Positions 37,629 to 50,400 of a stretch of DNA of 64,000 nt are shown one piece after another. Location of the stretch: assembly GCF_003918875.1 (NCBI RefSeq), contig NW_025767409.1:1-64000 (forward strand), in the 5' to 3' direction. Each line of letters starts with the position of its first letter. Position 1 is the stretch's first letter. The position numbers and the translations under genes were made by a program. Source of the DNA: Haliotis rubra. Lineage: Eukaryota. Under the pieces are notes generated by a model, which saw only the letters and a program-made list of their open reading frames with translations, was not told the DNA's origin and did no database searches.

Positions 37629-40059
37629 ATGTTGCGTCTTTATGGATGTGTCCTGGTGCTAGTGGTCATGTGTCACACTGTGATTGGTCAGCTTGACGAT
37701 GAAGAGCGGCCAGATGAGTGGAACCCGGAGGACATGCCCCACCCAGTGAGGAACCCACAGCACTGCCGGCTGGGTCAGAAGCCAGGTTACCTGTGTGACC
37801 CTGATGGCATCCTGTCTGCCAGGAGTGGTGAGAACATCAATAGATTTCTAGCACTGTTGGAAAATAGGAAGAATTCCATGTCAGAATCCTACTGTTAAAA
37901 ATTGGAGAAGCCATGAGTCCTGACATACTATTGAGAATAACAGGCAAAACATGTTGAGTAATGAGTGAGTGAGTAAAGTTTAACACCGCTTTTAGCAATA
38001 TTCCAGCGATATCTTTGAGTATGTGAAATTGTGTAGATGTGATATCCATCTGTTGTTGCCCATAGCGATATTAAGCACAATCTGATGATCCATGAAGAAA
38101 TATGCTGGCTCCTCTTGTTTGGTAACTGTGAAGTAGTTGTGAATGCATTGTTTGAGATGTTATTGTTCCTTGTGGTGACAGTGGAGCTGCTTGACTGGCT
38201 GCTGCGGGGTGCGTACGACAACGACACTGTCTGCCCATGCAGCACCTACTGGTGTGAGAGGACCAGGAAGGGAACTCACATCTCAGTAGCTCTCGTCAAC
38301 AGGATGAAGCTAGCAGAAACGTGAGTCCGTAGTATAACACTGAGTGCTTAGGAAATGAGTGCCCTTATGAGCTTGTCTATATATATATACAGTTAGGGTG
38401 AGTAGTTTTTAAGGTATGATAAATTCTTATTCATTTGAGTTTTAATGAGATACATATTTGAGTGCAATGTTGCTGAAAATGTTAAGTGTAATTCATTGTT
38501 GAACAGTGTTGTGATTGTACTACATTTGTTATCCAAAGCGATCTTAGGTGAACATAACTCGAAAACTTAAACATAGACTTAGGATAGATGTAAGAACAAC
38601 TACGGATAAATTTATTTGCTCTTCTTCCAATCATATTTATTCATTGTGATTATTTTCCTCAAGATAATAGTCTCATACCCAGCATTTTAGAAAGTAGTTG
38701 GGTTTCATATAACCTGATTGTTCCAGATTTGATGACCCTGACACTGCCGCCATGCAGGCCGCCAGCAACTTTGCTCTGAAACTTCAGAGCCAGCACTGGA
38801 ATTTTGGCACCTGTAACAACGATGTGGTTATATTCTTCTCCCGGGATGATGGCGTGGTAGGTTCTGGGTTCCATCCTGTGTCACCTCATTTCCACAGTAC
38901 TGTTTGGGTTTAGATCTAGTCTAGTACTGTCAGTCGTAAAATGTTTTTGATTTGCTGACAATTTTATGTGGAAGTTGTCCTGTATGCTATGGAGAGTTTT
39001 GTGCCTTACCTATGACAGGATCTGATGGCCATTGCCTTGAATCCAAGACTTTTCTTTATTGTTTTCCTTGGATGGACTGAACTATACTTGTATTTGTGGT
39101 TTCACCAAGATCACATTAAGCTGACATTCTTGAAGAGTGTTTGAAGTGTAAAGAGTACTATGTGACTGTGAAGCTTATCGTATTACATGTCATGTGATGC
39201 TATGTCACACTGTGAGCATGTGATAGGCACATGCCTGTATTAATCTTATCATTGTGTTTCAGTTGTTTGTGTCATACGGCCAAACAGCAGCACTGAGGCT
39301 GAACAACGCAGTTGTGTCCTACATACAGGGACAGTTCGGACATTACTTTAGACCAGGCGGCGACATTTTCATTGGATTGGCGGAAATGGTCATAGCCATC
39401 AGGTGGGTAGTCATTGCCATCAGATCAAATGGCCATTGCTGTCAGGTGGGTAGTCATTGCCATCCGGTAAAAAAGGACCATTGCCATCAGGTGGGTAGTC
39501 ATCAGATCAAATGGCCATTGCCATTAGGTGGGCATTCATAGCCATCAGGTCAAATAGCCCTGCTGCCAAATGGGTTGTCATTGCCATTCAATCAAAGGGT
39601 CATCGCATCAGGTGGGTTGTCATTGCCGTCCAATCAAAGGGTCATTGCCATCATGTGGGTAGTCATTGCCATCCAATCAAAGGGTCATTGCCATCAGGTG
39701 GGTTGTCATTGCCATCAGATCAAATGGCTATTGTCATCAGGTCAGTTGCAATCGCCTCCTGCTGATATAGTGTGTATGCATGACTGCAAGTTGCCTTTGA
39801 TGGGATATCCCAAATACGGCTTGAAACCTTTCACAGTACAAAACTTTGAACTTATTTGTTTATACTATGTGATGTCTTGAAGTATCTGCTGGAGATATTT
39901 TCAGTATTATCGTTTGTTTACAGGCAAGTTCTCAATGGCAACTACTATTTCGACCCGAACAACCCAAATGCGGAGCAACTTGTTGGTGGAACTAATCATG
40001 TGGCCTCTGGTGTCCTAGCAACAGTCATTCTGGCACTGGTGTCCAGAATTATATCCTGA
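37629..40059 (+). CDS. Secreted/membrane-tethered MOLO-1-like TPM-domain protein, 247 aa (exons 37629-37827, 38182-38320, 38727-38856, 39263-39402, 39924-40059)
   Basis: All junctions are GT-AG and phase-compatible, giving a 744-nt open frame. It has a signal peptide MLRLYGCVLVLVVMCHTVIG, then MPHPVRNPQHCRLGQKPGYLCDPDGILS, ISVALVNRM, FALKLQSQHWNFGTCNNDVVIFFSRDD (TPM/MOLO1 signature) and a hydrophobic C-terminus. Confidence 0.9.
39390..39745 (+). repeat. Degenerate tandem repeat built from the exon 4 donor region
   Basis: Repeated CATTGCCATCAGGTGGGT(A/T)GT alternating with CATTGCCATC(A/C)RATCAAA. Confidence 0.85.
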
Positions 40060-40404
40060 GGAGAATGTTAATTTCTGTTTCAATTCAATTCCAGTTTTTT
40101 TCCCTCTTAATTATACATTTGCAGAAGGAAATTATAAAATGTCATCTAACATTGTCAAGATTTTTAATATCTGGGACTAGAAATTGAAGAACTGTTCATT
40201 TCTGTTATTTCCAAGTATTTCTAAATGAGTAAGATTCCGAGGGTGAATTTAGTCATTTGAACAAAGAGTACCACTCATATGCTTTTCTTTTTCTTCTTCA
40301 AGGACTCATTTTTTGGTTCTGAAAGAATTTAAGGTATAAATGGCATTATTTACTGTATGATATTAAAGGTGCTAGTAGTTTGAAATAGCTGTCAGTTACT
40401 GTGG

Positions 40405-40960
40405 AAGTGTTTCCACTAGCACACAACAATAAAACCATCGTAACTTGCATCCTTAAACATAGCCTTCACATTAAGACTATCGGAACTCCATGCTTTAGCA
40501 GACTTACAACAGTCTTAGCACTAAGACCATATACTTTAACATGGGCTAACACTAGTTTTAGCGCTAAGATCATCGCCACTTGCACACTTGAATATGGACT
40601 AATGATAGTCTTACGACCATACAACTACATGCTGAACACAGACTTACAACAGTCAGCACTAAGGCCTTCGTAACCCTTATACTTTAACATGGGCCAACGA
40701 TAGTTTTATCACTAAGACCATCGCCACTTGCATACTTGAACTTGGACTAATGATAGTCTTAGTAGTCTTAATGTTACGACCATAAAATCCATGCGTATGA
40801 CAGACTTACAATATATAACATACCTACGACAGTCACAGTTGTAAAATCAGTTTATGCAAGAGGGTCTTGGACCCTGTTGTACTGAGCTTCCTTAGTGCTA
40901 AGGTGATCGGAACTCTGAAGGCTTACAATAGTTGTAGTGCTAAGATGACTTTGTGAAAGA
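40405..40960. repeat. Cluster of CTTAGCGCTAAG/TTACGAC-type MITE-derived repeats with an internal ~150-bp duplication
   Basis: ATACTTTAACATGGGC...GGACTAATGATAGTCTTA occurs twice, and the motifs are related to the palindrome at 62911-63022. Confidence 0.55.
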
Positions 40961-40995
40961 GCTTCATCGGAGTTAACTTTCCTCTTATGCAGCGT

Positions 40996-41157
40996 GGGGC
41001 GGTGGGGTAGTCTAGTGGTTAAAGCGTTGGCTCGTCACGCCGAAGACCTGGGGTCGAATCCCCACATGGGTACAATGTGTGAAGCCCATTTCTGGTGTCA
41101 TCCGCTGTGATGTAGCTGGAATATTGCTAAAAGCGGCGTAAAACCAAATTCAGTCAG
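40996..41157 (+). mobile_element. tRNA-derived SINE (family 1)
   Basis: TSD CTTATGCAGCGT. Confidence 0.92.
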
Positions 41158-42812
41158 CTTATGCAGCGTCGTCCTGAAGGATAGGAAGTGAAACAAGACT
41201 TCTTTGTTACGACTGTATCACCACATTATGAACTGTTCCACAACCACTGTACATGCTGCACCATGCTAAGAAAGAACCAGTTTATGATGATCACGTGTTG
41301 TGCACATGGTCATGTGATGAAGTGAAACTTGTTGTGTCGCTGTGTGTATATGTAAGGAGACTGGGATGCAGTTCTCGACACTGATGCAAAACAAGCTGGT
41401 CCTGGAATTTGTCATTAGGAGTTTATAAGTATATCACAGCATGAATGTGGCCATTTTGTCTTTCCACCTTATTCATTTAGCAGAACATTCACAATGTACC
41501 GATTGTTAAAGAGATAATTTGTAACCTGAGTGTTTCTTCCACCAAACTGAAGGTTAAGCATCTCTTGTTGTTCAACAAGTGGATCATGGGGGTGTCTATT
41601 TCAGAAACTCTTGACAGGTAAAATCTGAACTTTACAGATTAGATTTTTGTTTTATAGGCGAAATTGTACAAGGAGAAGTCAACTAGCCCCTATAAATGGT
41701 GGGGATGTTTATGCATTGTCTGCTTTTGTTTATTCATCAATAAATGTTATCACTTGGCAGGATGTTATAGAGCTCTGCTGTTTAGATTTACCAGGATCTG
41801 TTTGTTGATCGTCTGTTTGATAATATTGTAGCATAATATGGTATTTATTCACTATGTAGTTCAATGTCATTCTGTTGTTCCTGCTATTCATTCATCTGTC
41901 CAGATACCATTATAGGTCAACCATTATGTATGTTTGTCTTTATATATATATGTGCTTGTCAAGAGGTTTGGTTCTGATAATGTTTTATTATTCTGCATGA
42001 TGAGATTATCCTTAATTATGAGTTGTTGCTTGCTTTTTTTTACAAGAGTTGTTATTGCTGATCCACTTCTTAGATAGATTAAGTAATTGAAAATAAATAC
42101 TTATATTTAATGAGATGGGTATCCAAAATGATGCTTGTTTGTCTCACCATTAGAATGAAATAATTGTTTTGTTGTGAAGGAGTTACGTCTCGAACAATAT
42201 CATTAAATATGGAGGCATAGAACAGGAACTGAGAATCCAACTTCTGATTAAAGGGAAGTAACTCTACCTAATTTTGATTAAAGGGAAGTAACTCTGGTTT
42301 TTCCATTATGTAAACAATCATAGAATATTATATAGAGGAGAGGTTCCTGATTTGATTTATGTTGGTAGAGTAGAAAAATACCAGTTATTGTTATATGTAT
42401 GGTATGTATTGTATAATGGGGAATGTAGCGTTTCTTTGTTTTTATTAAATAATCTCTAGGTTGTTTGTACACTGTAGAATCCTGGCAATACTGCCTCTGC
42501 ACGGTTCCATGAAGGTGTATTCAAAATGTTTATTGGATTGTTTTAACACTTTATACATGGTTTATTTACATCTTTCACTGTTCCTAATTTATTATTACTG
42601 TACAAGTTTGAATTTTACAGGCAAGATACAACTAAACAGATGCAGATTGCCAAAGTGTTTACGTTGTTGACCATTACAAAGTTAAACAAGTGATCTCTCC
42701 AGTACCAAGCAATATTCCACTCATGATGGATACTTGATCAGTGATTTTCCCCCATAATGGTTTATAATATGGATCCAGATATGGATACGTGATTCAGGAT
42801 TTTCTCAGATAA

Positions 42813-43139
42813 GGCCAGACCAATTTTATTTCTTGTTTTACGGATCCGCCTGTCGTATATTTTCAAGAATAAGAAAAAAAATAATAGTACTTTTCCCTAC
42901 TCGAAAAATATAATCCTAATGTTTTTATTGGCCAAAAATGTAAACTTACAAGAAAAATTTTTTAGATTGTTTTTTGCCCCATATGCACTTCATAAATGGC
43001 TAAAAGTAAAATACTTTGAGTATTTAGAAGGAATATTACTTTGACTGGTGATTTTATTTTTATTTATTTTTCCTCCTGCCTTTAGGTTTTCTGAGGACCA
43101 AAATCTGTAAAAAAAAAAAGAAATAAAATTTGTCTGGCC
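42813..43139. mobile_element. PIF/Harbinger-type MITE
   Basis: TIR GGCCAGAC(C/A)AATTTTATTTC with a TAA duplication on both sides. Confidence 0.85.
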
Positions 43140-43609
43140 TAATGGTTGAATATTGCAAATTGAAGTCCTGATGCCAATCTGTAGCTCCATCTTGTCCACT
43201 GTGTCTTAGCAATACCAAACTGCAGAAGTCTTTGAATGGAAGAGCTGGAATTGGTGCCATCTGTTCATTTGTCTTGGCATAAAATGATGAAGCCATGAGT
43301 TTCAAGCCTTTCAGTAAGTTAATATATTATGTGATACACTTGCCATTTATGAAAACAAAAAGGTTTTACATGTTTATGAATATTTTGTACTATGCACATC
43401 TTATAGGAGACTGAACCTCACATGTAACTTTTATACTGCAAGGAGTGCAAAGATGTATAAAGTGATTAAAATATAGTCTTTGAAGTCCAGTGTTATGTTT
43501 CTGTCAAACACAAACTATCCAGGTGTGTGTGAAAGATCACATTCATGTGATCATGAGTTTTACAGCACAGTCCCCATGCTTGTTGGTTTCATGGTTAAGG
43601 AAATGTCTA

Positions 43610-43983
43610 TGAGTGAGTTTAGTTTTACACCGCACTCAGCAATATTCCAGCTATATGGTGGCGGTCTGTAAATAATCAAGTCTGGACCAGACAATCCAGT
43701 GATCAACAGCATGAGCATTGATCTGCGCAATTGGGAACCGATGACCTGTGTCAACCAAGCCAGCGAGCCTGACCACCCCGATCCCGTTAGTCTAAATGTC
43801 TTATACCTACGGGGCGGTGGGGTAGCCTTGTGGTTAAAGCGTTCGCTCATCATGCGGAATACCCTGGTTCGATTCCCATGCACATGGGCACAATGTGTGA
43901 AGTCCATTTCTGATGTCCCCTAACATGATTTTGCTGGAATATTGCTAAAAAAAACCCGCAAAACTAAACTCACTCAATCACTC
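43610..43983. mobile_element. Family 2 SINE (-, 43610-43790) next to a family 1 SINE (+, 43811-43983)
   Basis: Consensus matches. Confidence 0.85.
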
Positions 43984-44824
43984 TATGACCTACATCAGTT
44001 TGGACCTTTCTCAGCGCTAGTAAGACTACCATGATATACAGAGTTTAGAACAGCATTTAACTCACTCACTCATCTACAAACCTGGTTCATTTTAACATAT
44101 TGTCAGCAACAATGATTTGTCATTAGCAACATGTACCTCCTTTACATCTAAACAAAACAGTTTTGTTGGTGATTTATGCAAACACAGACATGTTTTGCCA
44201 CATGAATGGAAGCATGTGATGCAGCAAACCCACTATGAGGATGAGAATATGAGATGTATAAGAAAGATAGGGTGCCAAATACAAATACAATAACTTGTCA
44301 CCAGTGATGGGTTTTTTCTTATGTTCTGTCCAATGATACGTATAGTGACAGGTTTTGACCACGATGATGACGGTCTCATATGTCATGACAATGACCAGTG
44401 ATATTAGTTTACTGTCTAATGAAATGTATAAGGTTGTTAACTATTATCCTCCATGACTTGGATATGTTCCATTTTGCATATACTGCTTTAACAAATAACA
44501 GGTTCATGTAAAAAAACCTCTTTATGAATTCATGAATATTCAGTTATAGTGATTGTAACAAATTGAATTCATGAAGGACCTGAGTTCCATGCACCAAAGA
44601 CATGACTGAATATTAATGGCACCGTCCCATGTGGTGTAGGGGAATGTTGCTGAAGTATCAGCGCCAAGCTGTCTTGTGGAAGCTGGTGTATTGCTGACTG
44701 CAGTTTAAAGCAACATTCATTCACTCCTGACTGGGCAAGAATGACTGGAATGTTCAAGGCGACATGCAGACAGCTATTTGTAACAGTGTGAGGCAATTTT
44801 ATTATGTTGGTCTATCTAGTGATT

Positions 44825-45151
44825 GACAGCCTCCGTGGTGTAGTGGTTAGGGCGTCCGCCCGGAGAGCGGAAGGTCGTGGGTTCGATCCCCGACCGCGTC
44901 ATAACAAAACACGTTAAAATATGGTACTTGTTGGTCGCTCGGCATTAATGGGTACAACAAGGACTGGTCGGCTCGGAGTCAGTATAATGTGTCTGAGTGG
45001 GGTATTCATGCTTCACTACGGCATGGTATCTCAGTGGGCTAGCACTATAAAACCAGCTTCAGTCTGGGCTAGTACAAGCAGCCGCACATACACATACACA
45101 CGCATGCACGTCGTCATATGAGCGAAATGTTAAACCCACTTTCACCTCACC
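44825..45151 (+). mobile_element. Full-length Meta-domain tRNA SINE (family 3)
   Basis: A box GTGGTGTAGTGG, B box GGTTCGATCCC, Meta-like core, and 14-bp TSD TCTATCTAGTGATT. Confidence 0.9.
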
Positions 45152-45382
45152 TCTATCTAGTGATTAATTGTGAGGACTTTCAAGAATAATGTTTGGGATC
45201 CAAGAAGGAAGTCTGATGTTCACCAATTTTCCCAACTTGACGTTTGTTTCCGTGCCTCATCCATCCTGTAAATAGTCAAGTCTGGATTACCTAGACTATC
45301 CAGTGATTCATCGAGCTTTGTCCAAGGCTGTCAAGGTATGATCACATGCTGCCCCACCAGTCAAAAGTCACTTCCAGCATAG

Positions 45383-45627
45383 GGGTGAGCGAGTTCAGTT
45401 TTACCCCGCACTCAGCAATATTCAAGCTATATGGCGGCGGTCTGTAAATAATCGAGTCTGGACCAGACAATCCAGTGAGCAACAACATGAGCATCGATCT
45501 GTGCAATTGGGAACCGATGTCATGTGTCAACCAAGTCAGCGAGACTGACCACCCAATCCCGTTAGTCGCCTCTTACGACAAGCATGGGTTACTGAAGATC
45601 AATATTCTAACCCGGACCTTCACGGGT
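45383..45627 (-). mobile_element. Full-length family 2 SINE
   Basis: The 13-bp TSD ACTTCCAGCATAG defines the ends; the 5' end is ACCCGTGAAGGTCCGGGTTAG. Confidence 0.92.
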
Positions 45628-45645
45628 ACTTCCAGCATAGCAAAT

Positions 45646-45816
45646 GTGGAGGGGTAGTCAAGTGGTTAAAGCTTTCACTCGTCACGTTGAAGACGTCACT
45701 CAATTCCCTGTATGGGTACAATGTGTGAAGCTCATTTTTGGTGTCCCCTGCCGTGATATTGCTGGGACATAGGTAAAATTACTATAAAAAACCTTACCCA
45801 CTCACTCACTCACTCC
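45646..45816 (+). mobile_element. tRNA-derived SINE (family 1), diverged
   Basis: Consensus match with a (CACT)n tail. Confidence 0.82.
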
Positions 45817-46279
45817 TGCATAGAAGAACCTATTACAACCCAAAGATCCAGGATAGAATTGGTCTTCAGCAACCCATGCTTGTCATAAGAGGCGTCTAAC
45901 AGGTTTGGGTCTTCATGGGGTGTCGGCCTGGGAAAACTAAATTTTCCCTATTCCTGGGAGAGCTAAAAGTCAGGTTGTGGCAGGTAGTCCCGCGAAAGCT
46001 AAAAATGAGTAATTGCTAAGAAAACATCAGATTACCGTACTCTAGATTAGCGTGCCGAGTAGTGTTGTTTCTAAACCATACATTACATACATTACCATTA
46101 TACCTTAGAATAGTGGATCCTGTTCCCTTGTTTCTTGGAAATGTATAAACACCAAGAGTAGTGCACGACGCTATAATTATGTTACAATAAATAAAAGAAA
46201 TAAAGCTACAATAAATGTAAAATTAAGGAAATTATATTAGAATAGATAAAAGGAAATAAGGTCATGTCAAATTTAAATC

Positions 46280-46497
46280 TATTTATTTATAATGATTGAA
46301 TATATGCCGTAAGTGCATAGTTTTTGTCAACTTATGATATTATGTTCTTCATATAAAAGTTATTAGGAAGTAATATTTCTGATAAATGTTTCATTAGTAA
46401 ACTCATAACTATGTATATACTTATATATGAAGAACATAATATCAAAGTTGACAAAACTATGCATTTATGGCCTATATTTATTCATTTTAAATAAATT
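46280..46497. repeat. AT-rich inverted repeat with ~80-bp arms
   Basis: TGCATAGTTTTTGTCAACTTATGATATTATGTTCTTCATATA / TATATGAAGAACATAATATCAAAGTTGACAAAACTATGCA. Confidence 0.8.
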
Positions 46498-46680
46498 GGG
46501 GCATTTTGACTACCCCACTGGGGCAATTTGACCAAATTTGCTGGGTCATTTTGTAGCTGGGAAAATTCGACTGGCATTCGTACTTGATTTAATTTATGTT
46601 AAAAATACCACTGACAGTAAGTTGTTACAGGGAATGATGGAGTATAAATTAATCTAGTGGGTATTTTTTCCTTCTTCAGC

Positions 46681-47139
46681 CTAGCTTGGGGATTTCCATA
46701 CCCCATGCGTGAATGTCTCTTTCATATGTGTCCGACTCGGAATGATTGGCGCATTTCTCCTGCCGAAATCTGTCATTTCACTTGGAAAACGGAAGAAATG
46801 GTGGTTCTTTCCCATGTTCGATGATGCCGTGCATCCCCAGGCAACGCAATACACCATCGTACCATTTAAAAAAACGACAGAAACAACACGATTTGTACTA
46901 CTGTAGCGTTTGGTCTTTGGCAATATGGCGGACTCCAGGCACATTTGACGTCACAAGCGGAAAGGTCACGTGGGTTCCAGCGAAATATGCATAATGACCG
47001 AAGCTGAGATTTACAGAAACTGTTTTCGCAATTAAAACATAATTATACATAATTTTTACTTGAAAATTTGGGAATATGTTTCTGATGACTTTATCTTTCA
47101 CCCAGCAAATTATTGCAATTCACTCGTATTCTCCTTTAA
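46681..47139 (-). mobile_element. Kolobok-type DNA transposon left end with a THAP-domain fragment
   Basis: Minus strand starts TTAAAGGAG at 47139, followed by MVYCVAWGCTASSNMGKNHHFFRFP (THAP zinc-finger N-terminus), then truncated. Confidence 0.7.
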
Positions 47140-47229
47140 AGAAGCTATATAAGGGTGCTCGGTGATTTTTCATCATCAAAATGGCGAAGACACAGGTTAG
47201 AGTTATGTTTATTGAGTCAGTGAGAGGTG

Positions 47230-47478
47230 GCCAGCATCTATTCTATGATCAGTACAAGTTTCGATGTAAGAGAAGTCAAGGATAAAAGAAGTATGGGGCA
47301 TGTGTTCCAGCAAGAACAGTGCAACGTAGAAGTTTCCATCGAAAGGGATCGAAGCCCCACCCAGGAAGAGAAAATACAAGAATATCGACTTCTGTCTGCA
47401 GGCGCTCAAAGACGACCTCAACATCATCGGCGACATGGACTACATGGATCAGTAGCTGATCTCATTCCCCTGCAGTAA
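47230..47478 (+). mobile_element. Possible MULE transposase C-terminal remnant
   Basis: With one frameshift it reads QEQCNVEVSIE...APPRKRKYKNIDFCLQALKDDL...DYMD, resembling MULE C-termini. Confidence 0.4.
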
Positions 47479-50400
47479 TCCACGAACAGGCAGTCAGTTA
47501 ATCAAAAAGACAATCATTGTCAATCAGGGTCACTGAATTGGTTGACAAGTCATCGTATCCCAATTGCCTTGATCAATGATCATACTGTCAATCACTGCCT
47601 GGTCCAGACTCGATTATGTACAGACTGCTGCCATATGGCTGGAATATTGCTGAGAGCAGCGTTAAATAATAAAGTAAGACAACACTCAGCTCCTCCATAT
47701 GAGTAGAGGTACTCTGTATGTATGGCTATTTTACTTCTGTATAAAGACTGCTGCTGATATGCCAAACAGATCAAGACAGTATACAAAGTTACAACTCAAG
47801 CTTTATTCCATGGTACAATACAATGATCTTGAGGTCAAACGGATGGTTATGTACAGTGTAGCATGAGGATACTAGTTTCCATAGCAACAAGCCTAACAGA
47901 AGCATAGACACATCTTCAACATGATGGCACCACAGAGGTATATACACATTGTTAAAAGAAACAAACTCCTCAGGAAGCAATTCTTTGCACATAGTAAAAT
48001 ATTCTAAAAACATTATTTATAGTGTTCTATGTATTCTTGAATTTGTACATATGCATCAGAAATGCAAAATATTCAGCTACATGTGTTCTTGTATAATGTC
48101 TTAAAACTTATTTTCTGATTAAAACTTTCACAATCCAATTAAATTCTGTACACTGCAAGGTAAAAATGAAATATTCACAAAAGTTTGATTTACATTTATA
48201 CAAATAACAACATTAACAACAGGGAACGGCAAAGTTGTTAGAAACAAAAGAAATAACAACAATCTTTAACAACTTTCTGAATTCATATTTGTCCAGTTAA
48301 CAATGAACACTGTTAAGACTTGAGAAGCAATTGTCCTACGTTGAACACAGGAGCACAAGGACACAGCAACTGAAGTGGTTTGGGATCACAGGTAAAATAC
48401 ATTTGATGTAGACAGAGTAATTACATATCCAAACTGTTGCACTATTTACTATGGAGTCGGGTGAATATATAGTATACTGTATTAATCATAATCAGTCACC
48501 GGCCAATAAACATCTCATAACCAACGTCCTGACCAGTCAGTAAATAATCTTTGAAATGCCCTAAAATTACTAATGTAAAAATGTAAATGACATTATTTTC
48601 TTTCATATATTACAGATTATTCACAGAAAACACAAAAATGTATAAGGCATATATATTTCACGTTACTGATATTACAATTGTCAGTTTTCATTAACATCAA
48701 AATTATATTTTCAAATACATGTGTTTTCTCCTGCTTGTTCTTGACAAATTTAACTTGAGTATGACGTTAATTAGCACATCTTGTTCCAAGGCTACTTATT
48801 ACAATAAATACAGTAGACAATCACCCAACACTAACAATGGGGATATTTTGGACAGAAAAACTCAAGTATACTGATGGAAAGAAATAAGTGAACATCTAAG
48901 AAATATTATCAGTACTTGTTCAACTCCCTAGGAAGTACACAGTAAAGTATTTATTTTAGTTATTTGTGGCATTATAACACATATATACCATGAAGAAAAA
49001 CAAAATTTACTAATGTTAGATGGAGTGACATGCTGACGTGATGAAACATCACAACTCAGTAGAGAGCAAGGACCTGCAGGTTCAGGTTTTCTCACGGCTC
49101 CTTCCATATGTATACAGGAATAACAAAAACAAAACCGGTTCACATATTTAAAAAAACATCTTGAATTTGACAGCACTAATATTCTGAACCAACATTTACA
49201 TGGTGGTATACCTGTTCTAAAATGTCGACTTTAAAACCTATTTTCATCAACAAAGGACAGAAACTACAGATGTCAAAGGTAAGCAACAGGTGAGATGAAA
49301 TGTCATACCCTTCTGTTGTACAACTAACCTTCCCTGTGATAACAAATCGGTGGAATCAACTTGGTGCAAGACTAATTTTGTAATATCACATTGGTTTAAA
49401 AGCTAGTCTGGACACAGAAACCAATTCTATGACTAGGTTCCCATAGTATTTACACATTCATCACAAAAATATCTGCTCAATCTCTGTACATACTGCTATC
49501 ACAAGAACAATGATCATCTCGTTCAGCATGAAAATGTCCAGCACAAATCTCTTCTTAAACAGCTGACATGAGCCACTTAATGGCTTAAATGTAGAAAAGT
49601 ATCAGTGTTTCCTGTCAACATATTGAAATAAATTTAAACCACATACATTGTTCGAAATGTGTATGATAATATTGAATTTCAATGAAAGTCAAGATAATGT
49701 GGTTTTCATGTTTTACAAATTGCCAACATTATGAAAATATTCACTAAAAATGTCTCATTTTCTGATTAAATGTTTGCTCAAGAATTTCTCATTGGTTATT
49801 TTGCCTTGGGATTCCATCTTGGCAGATTCACAATAAAGATCAGCATTAACAGAAAAAATATTTCCCTGGCATATATTTAACATTCACCAGCTAAAACTGG
49901 ATGGAAATTTACAACAATATAATAGATTTTATTTTCAATAGTTGCATTTAATTCCTGTTATTGAATACTGAAACAGTAAAAATTGGATCCTCAATGAGTA
50001 TTTATACGGGAACACTGACCTGTCAGTAAGGTGTGTAATGGCTGCGTGTTGTCAGCCTATAGTATGACACAGTCACCAACATTTCCCTGTTAAACCTTCT
50101 CAAAACATTACCAATTATAAACACTCTACTCAAGTCTAAACAGGCACTACAGACAGTGGAGACAAAAGTGCAGAGTTGAGCTATAGGACATGGTTTGATC
50201 TCCATCAAATGTTGTACTAGTTGAAGTGAAACATATTATATCTTCTCATAAGAATTACAAGATCAGAATGTTAGTGGACAAGTATTTGATCAACACTGGA
50301 CTGGTGATAGGCAATTCACACAAAACAGAAATGCTTATTACAGTAATCATTTTGAAACTTGCATAAAAATGAGATGATATCATTTCTGTTCGGAAAACAT

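Noticed and set aside
39403-39880. ORFs with repeated WVVIAI/HCHQ peptides
   Set aside because: They are translations of the intronic tandem repeat; the real frame splices from 39402 to 39924.
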